This document shows, one piece after another, positions 10,904-23,691 of a DNA stretch of 64,000 nt. The stretch comes from Methanobacteriota archaeon (GTDB taxonomy: Archaea > Methanobacteriota > Methanobacteria > Methanobacteriales > Methanobacteriaceae). The notes beneath the pieces were generated by a model. The model made no database searches. It was given only the letters and a program-made list of their open reading frames with translations, and was not told the DNA's origin. How positions within the stretch are numbered: position 1 is the first letter of the stretch; every line of letters begins with the position of its first letter. The translations under genes and the position numbers were made by a program. The stretch lies in the NCBI GenBank assembly GCA_963787255.1, contig CAWBCJ010000025.1, forward strand, positions 160,001-224,000. The letters run 5' to 3'.

Positions 10904-10935
10904 TATTTTTCCTCTTTATTAGTTATAATGACTTT

Positions 10936-11190
10936 TTATCTGCTATTTGGGGTTATTTTGATCTCATAATCATGGATCACAGGATTACAGAGAAGTCTCT
11001 GGCACATATCGTCTACCTCTTCTTTAGCCAGATTTTCGTTTTCTTCATCAATTTTGAATTTAATTATTTCAATGGTATCAGTTCCTTCAACTTGGTATCC
11101 TAAAAGGGCAAGTGCTCTTTGTATTGTGGAAGCTTCAGGGTTTAGCATGCCTTTTTTAAGGCTTATTTTAACTTCAGCATCGTATTTCAT
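10936..11190 (-). CDS. purS: Phosphoribosylformylglycinamidine synthase subunit PurS
   Basis: [10 protein letters not shown] and [10 protein letters not shown]; ATG at 11190 follows GGTGA. Confidence 0.93.
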   Translation of the reverse strand: MKYDAEVKISLKKGMLNPEASTIQRALALLGYQVEGTDTIEIIKFKIDEENENLAKEEVDDMCQRLLCNPVIHDYEIKITPNSR

Positions 11191-11317
11191 CTTCATCACC
11201 AAAATAATAATTTCATTAAGCATTAATTTTTTTTATATTCATAAATCACAATCTATACTTATTAACTTTTTTAATAAAATATATTTAGGAATTTGTAAAT
11301 AAAATGTTTGTAGAGTC

Positions 11318-12064
11318 TTAAATTTTAATATTCCACCGTTTTTTATCTTCATCATCAAGTATTACTGCTGCAACTCTTTTATATGCATCAATAACTCCTG
11401 ATTCACCCTGTCTAAACAGATCCTTGTCTAATATATCACAAGTTTCAATATCCCAGAACCTACAAGTATCAGGACTTATTTCATCTCCTAAAACTAAGTT
11501 TCCTTCATTATCATAACCATATTCAATTTTAAAGTCAGGAAATAGAAGTCCTTTAGATTCCAGGAAATCCTTTAAAACCTTGTTAATTTTTAAGGTAGTT
11601 TCTTTTATAACTTTAAGCTTTTCTTCGTCAGTTAGACCCAGAGCAATGGCAATATCGTCATTTAACATGGGATCTCCATATTCATCACTTTTGTAGTCTA
11701 TCTGTATAATGGGAGGATCAAATGTTTGTTTTGGTTTAAATGGATATCTTCTAAGCAAGCTTCCTGCTGCTAAATTTCGGGTAATAACTTCAAGAGGGAT
11801 CATTTCCAGTTTCCATGAAAGCATGCATCCTGGTTTTATGAGTTTTATATATTGGGTTTTTATTCCTGCATCTTCAAGTATTTCAAAGAATTTTGCTGAA
11901 ATTATTGAGTTCCAGTAACCTTTTTGGCTTATTTTATCTTTTTTAGCCCCATCTCCTGCAGTAATATCATCTCTAAATTCTACAGCTACCTTTTTAGGGT
12001 CATTAGTTTCGTACACGCCTTTGGCTTTACCTTGGTATATAAGATTTCCAATTTTGACATTCAT
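11318..12064 (-). CDS. purC: SAICAR synthase
   Basis: [30 protein letters not shown] and [12 protein letters not shown]. Confidence 0.96.
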   Translation of the reverse strand: MNVKIGNLIYQGKAKGVYETNDPKKVAVEFRDDITAGDGAKKDKISQKGYWNSIISAKFFEILEDAGIKTQYIKLIKPGCMLSWKLEMIPLEVITRNLAAGSLLRRYPFKPKQTFDPPIIQIDYKSDEYGDPMLNDDIAIALGLTDEEKLKVIKETTLKINKVLKDFLESKGLLFPDFKIEYGYDNEGNLVLGDEISPDTCRFWDIETCDILDKDLFRQGESGVIDAYKRVAAVILDDEDKKRWNIKI

Positions 12065-12207
12065 ATTTAACTCCGTTCTTTATATTTAGTATCAAATACT
12101 TATATAGATTATAAACACCAATTAGTGATATTGCAATTTTCTAATTATGAAAATAATAAAAAATATAAGTAAATTAAGATCATAATAACATCATAAGGTG
12201 AAAAATC

Positions 12208-13986
12208 ATGTGTGGAATAATAGGATGTATACTAGACAATAAAAACGCTGCTCCCGTACTTTTAGATTGTGTAAAACGGTTGGAATACAGGGGTTATGAC
12301 TCAGTAGGTATTGCAACTTCTGGAAGCGAAATAACAATAAAAAAAGACAAAGGCAAGATTGATAACGTCCAGGAAAACTTAAACCTGACTAATCTGCCAG
12401 GGGAAATGGGAATAGCACACGTTAGATGGGCAACACACGGCCTTCCTACCAAGGAAAACGCCCACCCTCATACAGATTGTAAAAACAAGATCGCCGTAGT
12501 GCATAATGGAATAATAGAAAACTATAAGGAACTAAGAAGTAAATTAGTTGAAGAAGGGCATATTTTTAAATCTGAAACTGATACTGAAATAATTCCACAC
12601 CTTATAGAAAAGTATGTGGATGAAGGAAATGATTTTGAAATTTCAGTAAGACTTGCCGTGAAAAATCTTAAAGGCTCATATGCACTTGCTGCTATTTCTT
12701 GTGATGAGCCCAATAAAGTGGTGGGAGTAAGAAAAGAAAGCCCTCTTATAGTGGGAAAGGGTGAAACTGAATTTTTCATAGCTTCCGATGCGCCGGCCAT
12801 TTTACAGCATACAAACAATATTATTTATCTTGAAGACAATGAAATGGTAATTTTAACTGAAGATGGGATCACTATAAAAAATTCTGATGGTAATGTTATC
12901 CGAAAAGAAGTATTTGTTATTGATTGGACTCCAGATATGGCAGAAAAAGGCGGTTACGACCATTTCATGTTAAAAGAGATACACGAACAGCCAGAAGCAG
13001 TTAAAAACACTCTTCTTGAAGCACCCGAAATTCAAAAAATTGTCCAAAATTTCCCTGAATTCAATAGAATATGCTTTATAGCCTGTGGAACATCATATCA
13101 TGCTTCATTGATTGGTAAATATTTATTTGAAAACTTGGTGGGTATTCCAACAGATGTAACTCTTGCCTCAGAATTTGAATATTCCGCAGATACTCTAGAT
13201 GAAAAAACTCTTGTAATAGTCATAACCCAATCAGGTGAAACAGCTGACACACTTAAAGCTTTAAGAATGGTTAATCATAAAGCAAAAAGCCTTGCCATTG
13301 TAAATGTACTTGGAAGTACAGTAACAAGGGAAGCAGAATATGTTATATACACAAGAGCAGGTCCCGAAATTGGAGTTGCAGCAACAAAAACATATATCAG
13401 CCAATTAACATCCATTTATTTACTGGCTATCTTTATGAGTGGAAAGGAAGACTTATTGAAACAATTACAAAATATTCCAAAATATATGGAAAGTGCACTT
13501 GAAAAAGAAGATTTAATTAAAGAAATCAGTCAAAAGTACAAGGATGCATATGATTTCTTCTTCATAGGAAGAGGTTTTTCCTATCCAACTGCACTGGAAG
13601 GTGCATTAAAACTTAAAGAGATAACATATATTCACGGTGAAGGTTACGCTGCAGGAGAACTAAAACACGGACCTTTAGCGCTTATAGATGATGGTATTCC
13701 AGTGGTAGCTGTTGCACCTCCAGGTAAAAGTCATGATAAAACTTTAAGTAATGTTGAAGAAGTAAAAGCAAGAGGAGCTAAAGTAATAGGCCTTGGATCA
13801 TATGATGATGATGATTTAAGATCTGAAGCTCATGATTTAATCGAATTTGAAAATGAAATTAATGAAATGTTTTCAGCCATACCTTATGTGATTCCATTAC
13901 AGCTTCTATCATATCATATAAGTGTTTTGAAGGGTATTGATCCGGATAAACCTAAAAACTTGGCTAAATGTGTAACAGTAGAATAA
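12208..13986 (+). CDS. glmS: Glutamine-fructose-6-phosphate transaminase
   Basis: [30 protein letters not shown] and [13 protein letters not shown]. Confidence 0.97.
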   Translation: MCGIIGCILDNKNAAPVLLDCVKRLEYRGYDSVGIATSGSEITIKKDKGKIDNVQENLNLTNLPGEMGIAHVRWATHGLPTKENAHPHTDCKNKIAVVHNGIIENYKELRSKLVEEGHIFKSETDTEIIPHLIEKYVDEGNDFEISVRLAVKNLKGSYALAAISCDEPNKVVGVRKESPLIVGKGETEFFIASDAPAILQHTNNIIYLEDNEMVILTEDGITIKNSDGNVIRKEVFVIDWTPDMAEKGGYDHFMLKEIHEQPEAVKNTLLEAPEIQKIVQNFPEFNRICFIACGTSYHASLIGKYLFENLVGIPTDVTLASEFEYSADTLDEKTLVIVITQSGETADTLKALRMVNHKAKSLAIVNVLGSTVTREAEYVIYTRAGPEIGVAATKTYISQLTSIYLLAIFMSGKEDLLKQLQNIPKYMESALEKEDLIKEISQKYKDAYDFFFIGRGFSYPTALEGALKLKEITYIHGEGYAAGELKHGPLALIDDGIPVVAVAPPGKSHDKTLSNVEEVKARGAKVIGLGSYDDDDLRSEAHDLIEFENEINEMFSAIPYVIPLQLLSYHISVLKGIDPDKPKNLAKCVTVE

Positions 13987-13988
13987 AT

Positions 13989-14025
13989 GGGGATAATATA
14001 ATTATTCAATTATTATCCTTTTTTT
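13989..14025 (+). terminator. Hairpin plus U-tract after glmS
   Basis: GGATAATA (13991-13998) pairs with TATTATCC (14011-14018), followed by T7; lies between convergent genes. Confidence 0.6.
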
Positions 14026-14079
14026 AGTTATTTTCCTTTTTAATAGTTGATTAAGGAAGACAATTTGTTTTGACTTTTT

Positions 14080-14883
14080 TTATGTATTTGGGTTTAAATT
14101 AAGGTCTAAAACGTAGTGTTCTTCTACGAAGTATCCTCTTTCTCCTAATTCCTTAATAATTTCCACAAGATTTTCAAGATCTACTGATTCAGCAGATTGA
14201 ACTTTAATATCCTTTTCGCTTACAGATAGTTTATCTTTAGGGCTTTTAAAGTCTTCGGCAACCTTTATCCATAAACTTTTAGGAACTTTTTCATTAAAAA
14301 GTTTGATTGTACCTGTGCTTTCTTCTTTTCCAATATCAGTTTGAGAACGATTTAACTCATTGAAACTTTGAATCTTTTCTTCCAATCTTTTTTCTACACC
14401 ATCTATTTCTCCAATCCCCCTTTTTTTTAGTTCGTCTGTATATGCTTTTATTAAATTAATCAGTTCATCATGGCTTTTAATTAACTTTTTTTCACTGTTT
14501 TTACGTTCTATTGCATAATTTATAGCTCTTGAAAGTATTCTGCTGTTTACATCTCCTTTCATTAAATAATCCTGTGCTCCCTCACGAACAGCCTTTACAG
14601 CAATTTCTTCATCATCTAAACCGCTAAGTATTACTATGGGTAGCTCAGGGTCATGTTTGTGTGCTTTTTCAAAGGTTTCTAGCCCATGACTATCCGGTAG
14701 GCTTAGATCTAAAAGTAAAATATCAACTGGATGTTTATCTAAATATTTAAGTCCGTCCTGTAGGTTGGTAACATTTTTTAATTCATATTTAGGCTTTGAA
14801 ATTTCTTTAAACATTTCAATGATAAAACGGGCATCTGCGGAATTATCTTCAATAAGCAATACTTTAACTAATTTGTCTAACAA
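14080..14883 (-). CDS. Response regulator (REC domain, coiled coil, unrecognised C-terminal domain)
   Basis: VLLIEDN, LLLDLSLPD, IVILSG and AQDYLMKG; TTG at 14883 follows AAGGTGA. Confidence 0.88.
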   Translation of the reverse strand: MLDKLVKVLLIEDNSADARFIIEMFKEISKPKYELKNVTNLQDGLKYLDKHPVDILLLDLSLPDSHGLETFEKAHKHDPELPIVILSGLDDEEIAVKAVREGAQDYLMKGDVNSRILSRAINYAIERKNSEKKLIKSHDELINLIKAYTDELKKRGIGEIDGVEKRLEEKIQSFNELNRSQTDIGKEESTGTIKLFNEKVPKSLWIKVAEDFKSPKDKLSVSEKDIKVQSAESVDLENLVEIIKELGERGYFVEEHYVLDLNLNPNT

Positions 14884-15793
14884 ATTTTCACCTTCCAGGA
14901 ATACTAAAATGATTGGCGTTATTTTAAAAACTTTTAAGATTATATTTTTATTCAATACATATTATATTGTAATTTATTATTATTTTAATTTTCTAATACA
15001 TTTATTAAAATTTAATTAACTCAATAATGGAACTTGTAAATTAATTTTAGCGATTTAAATTCAGTTAAAGATACAATTAGAATATTTCTTTTTATCAAAT
15101 GGGAACTTATGTTATCCAATTATATAACTTGTTACTAAATCTATTTTTGATATTATTAATTGTATTTGTTCGCATTTTGTGATATAAAATGTACAAATAG
15201 TTAATTTAAAAGTCAATAAAATAAAAGGAAGTATTATACTTTAAATAAATCAATTAAGAGACTAAAATGCCATTAAATAAGGTTCATGAAAATATAATGG
15301 AATATTATTATTTATTAACACTATTATCTCTCCTTATATGTTTAAAGTTCCCCAATTCTCAATTTTATCTCCATATGCCCCTCATTTTTTCCGCAGTTTT
15401 AATATTTTTTTCATGGTAATTAGAACACAGAATCAACGATTTTAAGAATAGTTAAACAACCAAAAATAATACTGGCACTAATCACATCTAACCTAACATC
15501 ATATCCTCTAATTAGGATTTTAAGGAGGATAATGGCCCATTTTCCCATCTGAAATCATAATAAGATTAATAGTATTATGCCATTTATGGTGGTAGGCGTT
15601 TATAATCTGTTATGCAAATAAATACATAAAATTAAAAATACATCTATTCTCTATTGCTAATTTAAACTGATATTTTTCAAATTAAAATAATCATTAGCCT
15701 TAAATATTTTAAGAATAAACTTATTTTACAAACCTTTAAATTTCAAAAGAACTATAGTGAAATATAAAGATTACATAAATGAAGGTTTTATAG

Positions 15794-16093
15794 ATGAATA
15801 CAAGAAAAATGGGCAAAATTTTCATTGTTTTAATGATTTCACTCATTGCATTTGGTTGTGGTTCATGCGCAAATGCTTTAAATGAAGGTAATGACATTAC
15901 AAATGGACTAATACCATCCAATATTGCACTTACAAATCAGGAGCAGATTTCTGCTATTAGTGATTCATCATTTAACCCTGTTCACGTAATGAGACATTTT
16001 TACAACAATACTACAAATTCTACCAATTCAACTATTAATAATACTATTAATTCAACAGTAAAAACAGTTACTAATACAACTAAAAAAAATTAA
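15794..16093 (+). CDS. Small secreted or anchored protein with an Asn/Thr-rich tail
   Basis: Basic N-terminus, hydrophobic stretch, FGCGSCA, then NNTTNSTNSTINNTINST. Confidence 0.7.
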   Translation: MNTRKMGKIFIVLMISLIAFGCGSCANALNEGNDITNGLIPSNIALTNQEQISAISDSSFNPVHVMRHFYNNTTNSTNSTINNTINSTVKTVTNTTKKN

Positions 16094-16321
16094 AGAGTAT
16101 ATTTGGATTAAACAGTTAAAACCCCATTTTTTTATAATATTTACATACAAAAAAATATTTCATAATTAATTTTAAGCGTATATTACATCCTAATTTTATT
16201 TTAAAACAACTATAAACTATGATTTTAAAATATTCCCAAGATATATAAATAATAATAACATAATAAGATATTGGAACTAATTTTAATTAAATTCTATTTT
16301 TTTGACTATTATGAGGTATTT

Positions 16322-18817
16322 ATGATAATTTTAAGGCGAAATAAAAAGAACGTGGAGCTTTTTCCAATAGGGAGCTCTAAAGGAGCACTAAATTCAAGAA
16401 GAAAGCCTATTTTTCATGGAAATTTGAAACTTAAAAGAATCAACAACAAGATTAGACCTTACAAGTTTATAGTAAAAAAGGGCGATAAGGAATCTCTTTT
16501 CCCTCCAAGTGAAGCTCTAAAGATTCTAAAAAAGCAGAACGTTTACATAATTGGTAAAGATGAAGAAATAGAGGAAATGTTGGATTCCTTAAACGTTAAT
16601 TATAAAAGAACCAAAATTTGCAAGCACTGCACAATGAGTGGCCATATTACTATCATAAACCCAGATATATCTTATTTATACCATAAACACTATATTTGCA
16701 GAAAATGTGCTGAAGAAGAAATAAAAAGGGAATTAAAATCACATTCTTATGATTTAAGCGCATTTAAAAATTTCAAAAAGATGCTAGACAATACTGGAGA
16801 TCTGGATAAAGTTCTAAGTGTCTTTAATCCTAATTTTAACCCAATTAAAAACCCTGATTTGACATTATATGATAAAATTACCATTAGAGATGATAAACAG
16901 CTTTCAAAAATTAATATGGATGATATAAAAATTCCAAAAGAACTAAGAAATGTGTTAAAAAAGCAGGGAAAATATTTACTCCCGGTTCAAGCACTTGCAC
17001 TCTCTAATGGGCTTCTTGAAGGTGACAGCCTCCTTGTTGTCTCTGCAACTGCAAGTGGTAAAACCCTGATCGGCGAACTTGCAGGGATACCTAACGCGCT
17101 TAAAGGGAAAAAATTCATGTTTTTAACACCTCTTGTAGCGCTTGCTAATCAAAAATACAGGGATTTTAAAAAGAGATACAGCAAATTAGGTTTAAAAGTG
17201 GCAATAAGGGTTGGAATGAGCAGAATAAATGCCAAAGAAGAACTTTCAATACACGATGAGGATGTAAGAAATGCAGATATTGTGGTAGGAACCTATGAAG
17301 GCCTTGATTTTCTTCTTCGCTCAGGGAAAGCAGAAGAATTAGGAGAACTAGGCACAATTGTTATTGACGAAATTCATATGCTAGACGATGAAGAGCGTGG
17401 ACCACGGTTAAATGGACTTTTAGATAGATTAAAATCTCTTTTTAAGAATATACAAATTTTAGGACTTTCTGCAACTATAAAAAACCCGGAAGTAATTGCC
17501 AAAGAGTTTGGAATGAAATTAGTGGAGTACGATAAACGTCCCGTACCTTTAGAACGCCACCTGATATTTGTAAGATCAGAATACGATAAAGAAGATATAA
17601 TAGCAAGATTAGCCCGTTTAGAATATAAAAACATTTCAAAAAAGGGATATCACGGTCAAACTATCATTTTTACTAATTCAAGGAGAAAAACTCACTCCAT
17701 AGCAGATTATTTAACTAAAAGAAATGTTAATGCTGCAGCTTATCATGCTGGCCTTTCTTATGCCAAGAAAAATAGAATAGAGCGTGATTTTGGGGATCAG
17801 AAGATTTCTGCAGTGGTTACAACTGCAGCACTCGCAGCAGGAGTTGATTTTCCCGCATCCCAGGTCATATTTGAAACCTTGACCATGGGCAACAAGTGGC
17901 TCAGGCCCAATGAATTTTCACAGATGGTTGGTAGAGCTGGAAGACCCACATACCACGATGTTGGAAAAATATACCTCCTGCCGGAAGTTGGAAGAAAATT
18001 TGATGAAGATACAGAAGATTTCATGGCAGTAAGCTTGCTTGAAAGTGATGTAGAATCAATAAAAGTGGAATATCGTGAAGAAGATGCTGTTGAACAGTTT
18101 TTGGCGGATATTTCTTCTAGAAGAGCTCATAATGAGGAAGATCTTAGAAATGCTTATAAAAATAGAGAGTTACCATTTACTTTCACTGAAATATTTGATA
18201 TTTTATCTGATTATGGATTTGTAGTGGACAAAGGAGGATATTTATCTGCTACGCCTTATGGAAAAGCTGTTTCAGTATCCTTCCTTAACTATAAAGACGC
18301 TGAATATATAAAGAAAAATCTTAAGGCCAGAAAACCTATTGATATTGCATTATCTCTTGATCCTTTTGAAAGTGCATATATGTCAAATAGAGTTAACAGA
18401 AGATTAAGCAAAATACTTAAGATCAATTTATCTTCTCGTTTATTTGCAGATTCAACTCTGGATATATTATCTTCTGCAGATACTATTTCCAAGCTGGAAG
18501 AAAGTCTTAGAGAACCTTTAATTAATATGCAGATTGATTTTTTCTCCTGCAGGTGTAAAGACAGGCCATTTTGCATGTGTTTCCAGATGGAACTTTCAAG
18601 AAAAATATTAAAAATGCGTATGATGAAAAGGGATCCTGTAGATATTAGTAAAAAGCTTTTAAGGGATTATCAGATACATATTTATGCTGGAGACATATTT
18701 TCATGGTTTGATTCTTTAATAAGAATGCTTGAATCAATTAAAAGAGTATCTAATGCATTTAAGGAACGGCAAGTAGCTAAGGAGTGCATAAGACTCATAA
18801 GAGCTATAGAAAATTAA
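16322..18817 (+). CDS. Archaeal SF2 DEAD/DEAH helicase with N-terminal DUF5814-like Cys-containing domain
   Basis: LLPVQ, SATASGKT, DEIH, LSAT, YHAGL and QMVGRAGR; CxxC pairs near the N-terminus and CRCKDRPFCMC near the C-terminus. Confidence 0.9.
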   Translation: MIILRRNKKNVELFPIGSSKGALNSRRKPIFHGNLKLKRINNKIRPYKFIVKKGDKESLFPPSEALKILKKQNVYIIGKDEEIEEMLDSLNVNYKRTKICKHCTMSGHITIINPDISYLYHKHYICRKCAEEEIKRELKSHSYDLSAFKNFKKMLDNTGDLDKVLSVFNPNFNPIKNPDLTLYDKITIRDDKQLSKINMDDIKIPKELRNVLKKQGKYLLPVQALALSNGLLEGDSLLVVSATASGKTLIGELAGIPNALKGKKFMFLTPLVALANQKYRDFKKRYSKLGLKVAIRVGMSRINAKEELSIHDEDVRNADIVVGTYEGLDFLLRSGKAEELGELGTIVIDEIHMLDDEERGPRLNGLLDRLKSLFKNIQILGLSATIKNPEVIAKEFGMKLVEYDKRPVPLERHLIFVRSEYDKEDIIARLARLEYKNISKKGYHGQTIIFTNSRRKTHSIADYLTKRNVNAAAYHAGLSYAKKNRIERDFGDQKISAVVTTAALAAGVDFPASQVIFETLTMGNKWLRPNEFSQMVGRAGRPTYHDVGKIYLLPEVGRKFDEDTEDFMAVSLLESDVESIKVEYREEDAVEQFLADISSRRAHNEEDLRNAYKNRELPFTFTEIFDILSDYGFVVDKGGYLSATPYGKAVSVSFLNYKDAEYIKKNLKARKPIDIALSLDPFESAYMSNRVNRRLSKILKINLSSRLFADSTLDILSSADTISKLEESLREPLINMQIDFFSCRCKDRPFCMCFQMELSRKILKMRMMKRDPVDISKKLLRDYQIHIYAGDIFSWFDSLIRMLESIKRVSNAFKERQVAKECIRLIRAIEN

Positions 18818-18856
18818 GTCTATTAATATGTATTTTATTAAATGAAAAATAGTTAA

Positions 18857-19546
18857 TTACTCTAGAAGTCTTATCACATCGTCAACTATACTTTCAACTG
18901 CATTTTTTATAAGTGAATTACCTAAATCTTCATCTATACATACGCCTTTATTTTCCACAGTTTCTGCGCCTTGATTTATTCCTTCATCAATATTTCTTGC
19001 TTCTTTAAAACCCACCATACCTACTTCGGGATATTTTTGGAAATTGCAGTGTTCTGAAATTTTTGATTCATCAACTATTTTCAAAATGCTGCCCATTGAA
19101 AGTTCACCTGTTCCTGCATGCGGACCTTCTATTTCCACAATTCGGTTGTTGAAAATTATTTTAATATCCAATTCATTTTCAATTTCTTCAATATAATCAA
19201 TAAGAGGTATATTGCCGCCGTGACCGTTTACAAGAACCACTTTTTTTATATTTAGACATTTTTTTGCCGAGTGTAGTGTAGGAAATAGTCTTTTTTTAGC
19301 TAATTCTTCTGCATCTATGTGAATTCCATGTTTTATGTAATCGTATTCAGTAGCTGAATATAATATTCCTAAGAATTTTGCGCCACTTCTTAAAGCTGCT
19401 TGAAGTGCAATATACGAAGCAATTTTAGAATCAGTATCAATAGGAAGTGCAGCACCATGATTTTCAAGATGAGAGCCAACAGCAAGAATCCCAATTTCAT
19501 GCACTTTTGCAGAAATAACATTTCCTGAAGAATAATTAAGTTTCAT
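18857..19546 (-). CDS. arfB: 2-amino-5-formylamino-6-ribosylaminopyrimidin-4(3H)-one 5'-monophosphate deformylase (creatininase family)
   Basis: [27 protein letters not shown] and EGPHAGTGE. Confidence 0.88.
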   Translation of the reverse strand: MKLNYSSGNVISAKVHEIGILAVGSHLENHGAALPIDTDSKIASYIALQAALRSGAKFLGILYSATEYDYIKHGIHIDAEELAKKRLFPTLHSAKKCLNIKKVVLVNGHGGNIPLIDYIEEIENELDIKIIFNNRIVEIEGPHAGTGELSMGSILKIVDESKISEHCNFQKYPEVGMVGFKEARNIDEGINQGAETVENKGVCIDEDLGNSLIKNAVESIVDDVIRLLE

Positions 19547-19648
19547 ATAAAATCACTTTTATAAGTCGATTGAAATATACTATTTTGAGCTTATGAAAAA
19601 TCATTTAAATTCTAATGCTAACTAAAACATTTACCATAATATTGTATT

Positions 19649-20125
19649 TTATATTGTTAAGTTCCATAATTTGTCCCCAATAAAGTGAATAGTTCTAATA
19701 GCCTTTCCCTCATTGTTTTCCACCATTTCAGGCCCAGAAATAAGGGCTCTTCCAGTTGCAAGAGGTTTTCTATGTGTTTCCTCTACAACTATAACCAAAT
19801 CACCTACTTGAACATCAGGATCAGCTTCAGTTATCCCTGGACTCATTACATCCGCACCTTTAGCCACAAATTTCACAGCACCCATATCAACTACAACATA
19901 TCTTGTTGTAATTTCAAGTTCCAAAGCACCTTTGAGTGTTGGAAAATATGTATCATCAATTGTCATAACCAGAGGTTTTCCATCTATTAATATTATATCG
20001 TAAAGATCGGTTTCTAAGATTTCAACCTTGCTTTTTGGTTGAATTAAAGTAGAGTAATCACCTAACTGGTTTATTAACTTTTTTAATTTCTTTTTTTGGA
20101 GATAGTATCTTTTTCTAATCTTCAA
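19649..20125 (-). CDS. PUA-domain RNA-binding protein (MCT-1/Tma20-like)
   Basis: [26 protein letters not shown] and HFIGDKLW; TTG at 20125 or ATG at 20140. Confidence 0.88.
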   Translation of the reverse strand: MKIRKRYYLQKKKLKKLINQLGDYSTLIQPKSKVEILETDLYDIILIDGKPLVMTIDDTYFPTLKGALELEITTRYVVVDMGAVKFVAKGADVMSPGITEADPDVQVGDLVIVVEETHRKPLATGRALISGPEMVENNEGKAIRTIHFIGDKLWNLTI

Positions 20126-20672
20126 TTTTTCTACACCCATTGAAACTTCATTATAACTAATTTGCTAACTATTATTATTAATGAATTCTTATGACTTAAT
20201 ATTTTTACCTATAACCGGAAATAGATAGTTTAATTTTAAAAAGTCTTTTTTTTTAAGCCTAAAAAAAACTTCTAATATTAATCCATATGGAAAGGACATT
20301 TAAAATGGATATTATATTTAAAGCAACTATATAAAAGTATTAGCAATTATATACGGAATAAGTTTTTTAAATGAGGGAAAATTACTAATTGTAAATATTA
20401 ATACTAATTTGCAAATCTTGATTCATAATTATATTAAACATTTTTAGAGGATAATGATGTGAATTCTATTGTTGATAATTCTTTTTTATATATAATAATC
20501 TTTAAATGTGAGTATTATGATAAATTAATTTATAATAACACTGTAACTAAACTTTTAAATATAAAAAGATTAAATATGAAAATCTCTAAAAAGAAATTGA
20601 ATTAATTCAATAAATTGCAATGATTTAAATGTTTTAATCAATATAATTCATGATATATTTTATAATTGATGA

Positions 20673-20972
<300 letters not shown>

Positions 20973-21051
20973 ATAACAAAGTTAATTTTGATATCATAAT
21001 AAATTCGAATTTTGATTAAATTTGACTAAAATTTTAAGGAGGATTATTGAG

Positions 21052-21234
<183 letters not shown>

Positions 21235-22104
21235 ATGGATGTTAAAAATCCAATTGATGTACGGATAATCGTAGAAGGTGCATCAGATGTGGAAAGCATT
21301 TCTAAAGCTATGCGTAATATAGCTTTAGGAGCTGAATACCACATTACCATATCCTCTATAATCCCCACTACAAGCTCTGAAATAGCAAAAAGAGCTGTAA
21401 GTGGTGCAGATATTGTTTTAATTGCAACTGATGTCGACGCACCCGGACGTGAACTTGCAGAAAAGTTCCGTAAAGTGCTGAAAAACGAAGTTGGGCACAT
21501 AGAACGAATGAAACTGCCATTCGGTCACGATGTGGAATACATAGATCCTTATTTAATACAAAAAGAAATTAAAAATGCAATAATAAGGTCAGGATTAATT
21601 TCTATAGCTAATATAAAGCATTTTAAAGAGCTTGAAGAAAAGATAAAAGAATCTAATGAGCATATCAGAAATTTAGCTCAAGAAAATAAAGATTTAGAAG
21701 CTTTAAATAAAACTCTTTACTTGGAAAATGAAGAAGCTAAAAAAGCAGATGATAACTATAGAGATCAATTAGAAGCAGTAAATACTAAATATAACAATTT
21801 AAAAGTTGAATATACTTCTTTAAAATCTAAATACGAAGAAATTCAAAGTAAAAACTTGTTTGAAGTATTTTCTATAGATGAACTATGGGAAGAATCTTTT
21901 GATGAAAAATTAAAAGATAAAGAACAGATTTATTTTATAAGCAATGAATTTAAGCCGGAAAATATAGTGGTTGGCCAAAATAGAATTACATCATCTTCTA
22001 AGAAGGATGCCATAGATTGGCTTAAAATAATAAGAACAGTACTAATTTTTTATGATTCTAAAATTGACGATTTAAAAGAAGAGTTTGACAAAGGAAAGAT
22101 TTAA
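21235..22104 (+). CDS. Toprim-domain protein with a long coiled coil
   Basis: IIVEGASD and [13 protein letters not shown] toprim motifs; heptad-rich region at about aa 130-205. Confidence 0.8.
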   Translation: MDVKNPIDVRIIVEGASDVESISKAMRNIALGAEYHITISSIIPTTSSEIAKRAVSGADIVLIATDVDAPGRELAEKFRKVLKNEVGHIERMKLPFGHDVEYIDPYLIQKEIKNAIIRSGLISIANIKHFKELEEKIKESNEHIRNLAQENKDLEALNKTLYLENEEAKKADDNYRDQLEAVNTKYNNLKVEYTSLKSKYEEIQSKNLFEVFSIDELWEESFDEKLKDKEQIYFISNEFKPENIVVGQNRITSSSKKDAIDWLKIIRTVLIFYDSKIDDLKEEFDKGKI

Positions 22105-22200
22105 TTTAAAAATCATATAACATTAAATTATAAAACACCTTAAATGTAATTCATTTTAATTCAAAAACTTTTATTCTAGAGAAAATAGGAGAATTCAAAA

Positions 22201-23610
22201 TTGCAAGATAAATGTGGTATTGTAGGTGCATTTTCGCATAAAAAGTCTAATAACATCTCAAGAGCCATATACTATGGTCTTTATGCCTTGCAACATAGAG
22301 GGCAAGAATCAGCAGGTATATCAGTGCACGATGGAGAAGAAATGAGCACATACAGGGGTATGGGGCTTGTTTGCGATGTTTTTAACAATGGAAATATAGA
22401 AGGTCTTGAAGGTTACGTGGGTATAGGTCACGTAAGATACTCAACTACCGGAAAATCAAAAATAGAAAACTCACAACCGTTTTTCAGCGAATTTGAATAT
22501 GGAACAATCGCTGTTGCTCATAATGGAGATATTATAAACTCCATGGAATTAAGAGAAGAATTAGAACAACAGGGCTATGAATTCAAATCATCAACCGATT
22601 CAGAAGTTCTCTGTCATTTACTTACCCAAGAATATGTCAAAACAAAAGATATTGTAAAGGCAATCCAAGAAGTTGCTAAAAGACTTACAGGTTCTTATGC
22701 ACTTGTTATTTTACTTAATAATGAATTAATTGCAGTTAGAGATCCTGTTGGAATAAAACCACTTTCTCTTGGAAAAAAAGATGATATTACACTTATCGGC
22801 TCTGAAACTGTTGCCTTCGACGCTCTAGGCGGTGAATACGTCCGTGCTGTAGAACCTGGAGAAATATTGGTCATAAATGATGAAATAAAGAGTTTTAAGA
22901 TGGAAAGTAGTGGAAAAACCAAGAGAGCTCACTGTATGTTTGAATATGTTTATTTTGCACGTCCCGACAGTATACTTGATGATAGAAATGTCTATGATGT
23001 GCGTTTAAAGATTGGAAGATCACTTTCAAATGAATATTCTGCAGATGCAGAAGTTGTAATGCCCGTTCCGGATTCAGCAATAACTGCTTCCATTGGTTAT
23101 TCAAGAGAATCTGGACTTCCTTATGGGGAAGGACTTATAAAAAACCGTTATGTTGGTAGAACATTCATTATGCCTACCCAAGAAGAACGTGAAAGTTCAG
23201 TTAGGCTTAAGATGAACCCTGTTAAATCAGAGCTTGAAGGCAAAAAAATAGTTCTAATAGATGATAGTATTGTGCGTGGAACAACTTCAAAAGCCACTGT
23301 CGACGTTCTTAAGGAAGCTGGAGTAAAAGAAATCCATTTAAGAATAGGATGTCCTCCTATAATTTCGCCGTGTTATTATGGAATAGCAATGGCAACAAAA
23401 AAGGAACTTATAGCATCAAATAAAGAGATAAAAGAGATTAAGGAGTATTTGGGTGTTGACTCACTTGGATATTTAAGTATTGAATCACTTGTTGAATGTA
23501 TTGGTATACCACGAGATGAACTTTGCGTTGGATGTATTACCGGGGAATATCCAACAGATTTACCTGCAGATATTGAAGAATATGAAGCTAGACGCTGTAC
23601 ATGCCCTTAA
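22201..23610 (+). CDS. purF: Amidophosphoribosyltransferase
   Basis: [33 protein letters not shown] and [11 protein letters not shown]. Confidence 0.97.
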   Translation: MQDKCGIVGAFSHKKSNNISRAIYYGLYALQHRGQESAGISVHDGEEMSTYRGMGLVCDVFNNGNIEGLEGYVGIGHVRYSTTGKSKIENSQPFFSEFEYGTIAVAHNGDIINSMELREELEQQGYEFKSSTDSEVLCHLLTQEYVKTKDIVKAIQEVAKRLTGSYALVILLNNELIAVRDPVGIKPLSLGKKDDITLIGSETVAFDALGGEYVRAVEPGEILVINDEIKSFKMESSGKTKRAHCMFEYVYFARPDSILDDRNVYDVRLKIGRSLSNEYSADAEVVMPVPDSAITASIGYSRESGLPYGEGLIKNRYVGRTFIMPTQEERESSVRLKMNPVKSELEGKKIVLIDDSIVRGTTSKATVDVLKEAGVKEIHLRIGCPPIISPCYYGIAMATKKELIASNKEIKEIKEYLGVDSLGYLSIESLVECIGIPRDELCVGCITGEYPTDLPADIEEYEARRCTCP

Positions 23611-23691
23611 TTTTTTAATTACAGGATTAATTTAATTTATTATATTTTTTTTTTAATTTTATTTATTTATCAAACAATAAAAAGAAAACTG

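Noticed and set aside
15420-15548. 42-codon minus-strand ORF (MGKWAIILLKIL..) and an ATCCTC/GAGGAT inverted repeat at about 15503-15530
   Set aside because: No SD and no motif; the short repeat is compatible with chance
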